Shown: one piece after another, positions 31,145 to 32,184 of the stretch | Layout of the letters: the number at the start of each line of letters is the position of its first letter | Numbering within the stretch: the first letter of the stretch is position 1 | Assembly (NCBI GenBank): GCA_944358135.1 | Contig: CALVQN010000003.1 | Location: 1 to 32,184, forward strand | Direction of reading: 5' to 3' | Length of the DNA: 32,184 nt | DNA from: an uncultured Bacilli bacterium | GTDB taxonomy: Bacteria; Bacillota_I; Bacilli_A; RF39; UBA660 | Notes under the pieces: model-generated | The model's input: only the letters and a program-made list of their open reading frames with translations | Database searches by the model: none | What the model was told of the DNA's origin: nothing | Program-made: the position numbers and the translations under genes

Positions 31145-31171
31145 AGTTAAGAATCTTTAATTTCTGATTTT

Positions 31172-31200
31172 ATTATATCATTAATATTAAATACGGTCAA
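31172..31200 (-). promoter_or_regulatory. duplicated sigma-A promoter (P2), antisense to the first XRE gene
   Basis: TTGACC-17-TATAAT with TG extension; the adjacent GTCAAGAGAAAACACACTATTACATGACAAATAT is identical to 30602-30635. Confidence 0.7.
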
Positions 31201-31273
31201 GAGAAAACACACTATTACATGACAAATATTTAGCAATACATTAATTATGAGAAAATGAATTTGGTGTTTAATT

Positions 31274-31731
31274 ATGAGATATTATGGAAAAAGATTAAAA
31301 TATATTAGGGAAGAACATGAATTTAGTCAATATGAAATATCCGAATTATTAGGTTTTAAAAAAAGAGTATATAGCAATTTTGAACGTGAGGAAACTATAT
31401 TCCTTTAAAACATTTGAATTGTTTATGCAACTACTTTAATGTTTCCTTAGATTATATATTTAAATTTACTGATGAAAAAAATTATAAAAATATAAAAAAA
31501 GAAATCAATAAAAGCTTAATAAAAAAGCGATTAAAAGAGGTAAGATTAGAATATAATCTCACTCAAAAAAAGTTGGCCGACATATTACATATATCGCTTT
31601 CAACTATATCCAAATATGAGAGAGAAGCAAAATTAATTGCTACTCCATTTCTTTATGATATATGCCAAAAGTACAATATTTCAGCTGATTATCTTCTAGG
31701 TAAAATAGATAATCCCAAGTATTTGAAATAA
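31274..31731 (+). pseudogene. frameshifted tandem duplicate of the double-HTH XRE gene
   Basis: Starts ATGAGATATT like 30680; ACTATATTCC versus ACTATTATTCC in the intact copy is a 1-nt deletion near 31399. The track ORF 31414-31731 is the downstream frame. Confidence 0.8.
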
Positions 31732-31919
31732 TGAAATATCTTGGGATTTTTATATGTCGAATTTAATGAAAAATTTGTCGAACGGTTTTTCTTGCTTTTT
31801 TAATTATAATCATTCATAATAGATAAATGTTATCTAGTATTGGCGGCGCCTGCTTCATTTTGTAAGTAGTTTAAACTACTTGAGTATTCAGGGGGTTTTT
31901 ACGAAAGCAGGTGATGTAA

Positions 31920-32003
31920 ATGAATGAAGAAATTAAGTATTTATTCATTATAATAATTATGCTAATCTCTATTATTAGAGATGACCATAAGAAAAAGCGC
32001 TGA
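31920..32003 (+). CDS. 27-aa hydrophobic peptide, putative type I toxin
   Basis: MNEEIKYLFIIIIMLISIIRDDHKKKR; AAGCAGGTG RBS; promoter TTGCTT-17-CATAAT at 31792-31820; structured leader. Confidence 0.6.
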   Translation: MNEEIKYLFIIIIMLISIIRDDHKKKR

Positions 32004-32063
32004 TATGTAGCGCCACAAACAAATTTGCAGGCGTTATCCAATCTGGATAACACTTACATATTT

Positions 32064-32092
32064 AATATATCATATTTTATATAAATTTACAA
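32064..32092 (-). promoter_or_regulatory. convergent promoter for a putative antitoxin RNA
   Basis: TTGTAA-17-TATATT with TG extension, pointing into the 3' end of the peptide gene. Confidence 0.5.
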
Positions 32093-32184
32093 GTTCATTT
32101 CTGTATGATGTTAATCCTTTTTTAAAATGTTACCATATCATTAGTTAAAATGTTACCAAACATATGTAGTATAATATATCTCTG

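Larger units (their letters stand above)
30553..31163. repeat. perfect 19-bp inverted repeat pair (30553-30571 / 31145-31163)
   Basis: AAATTAAAGATTCTTAACT and its exact reverse complement AGTTAAGAATCTTTAATTT. Confidence 0.85.

Noticed and set aside
31871-32053. 60-aa minus-strand ORF from the track
   Set aside because: No convincing RBS or recognisable domain; better explained as the antisense strand of the 27-aa peptide gene.

Overview
Very AT-rich chromosomal window from a Firmicute/Bacilli-type genome. It uses genetic code 11 (TGA stops, tRNA-Trp CCA) and has a compacted Bacillus-like gene order; an RF39-like gut lineage is my inference only. The centre is the replication origin: jag-yidC-rnpA-rpmH <oriC> dnaA <oriC> dnaN-comK-recF-gyrB-gyrA. 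A dense array of six parS sites follows, then small SRP RNA, tadA, dnaX, ybaB, recR, bofA, holB, yaaT/ricT, yabB, pth and mfd. The most interesting signal looks like a dispersed diversity-generating retroelement (DGR). An AAC/AAT-rich template-repeat-like sequence at 5930-6013 sits alone in an intergenic unit with its own predicted promoter, RNA structure and terminator. It aligns to the 3' ends of two paralogous membrane-anchored genes (2362-3702 and 29235-30527), with strongly adenine-biased mismatches against the second. No reverse transcriptase or avd is visible in the window. Each target gene is divergent from a tandem pair of XRE regulators, and the second target's promoter lies inside a 19-bp inverted repeat. 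Also seen: five Noc-binding-site palindromes inside core genes, many Spo0A-box heptamers, sporulation/germination genes and a probable type I toxin-antitoxin locus at the right end. All alignments and counts were made by eye.
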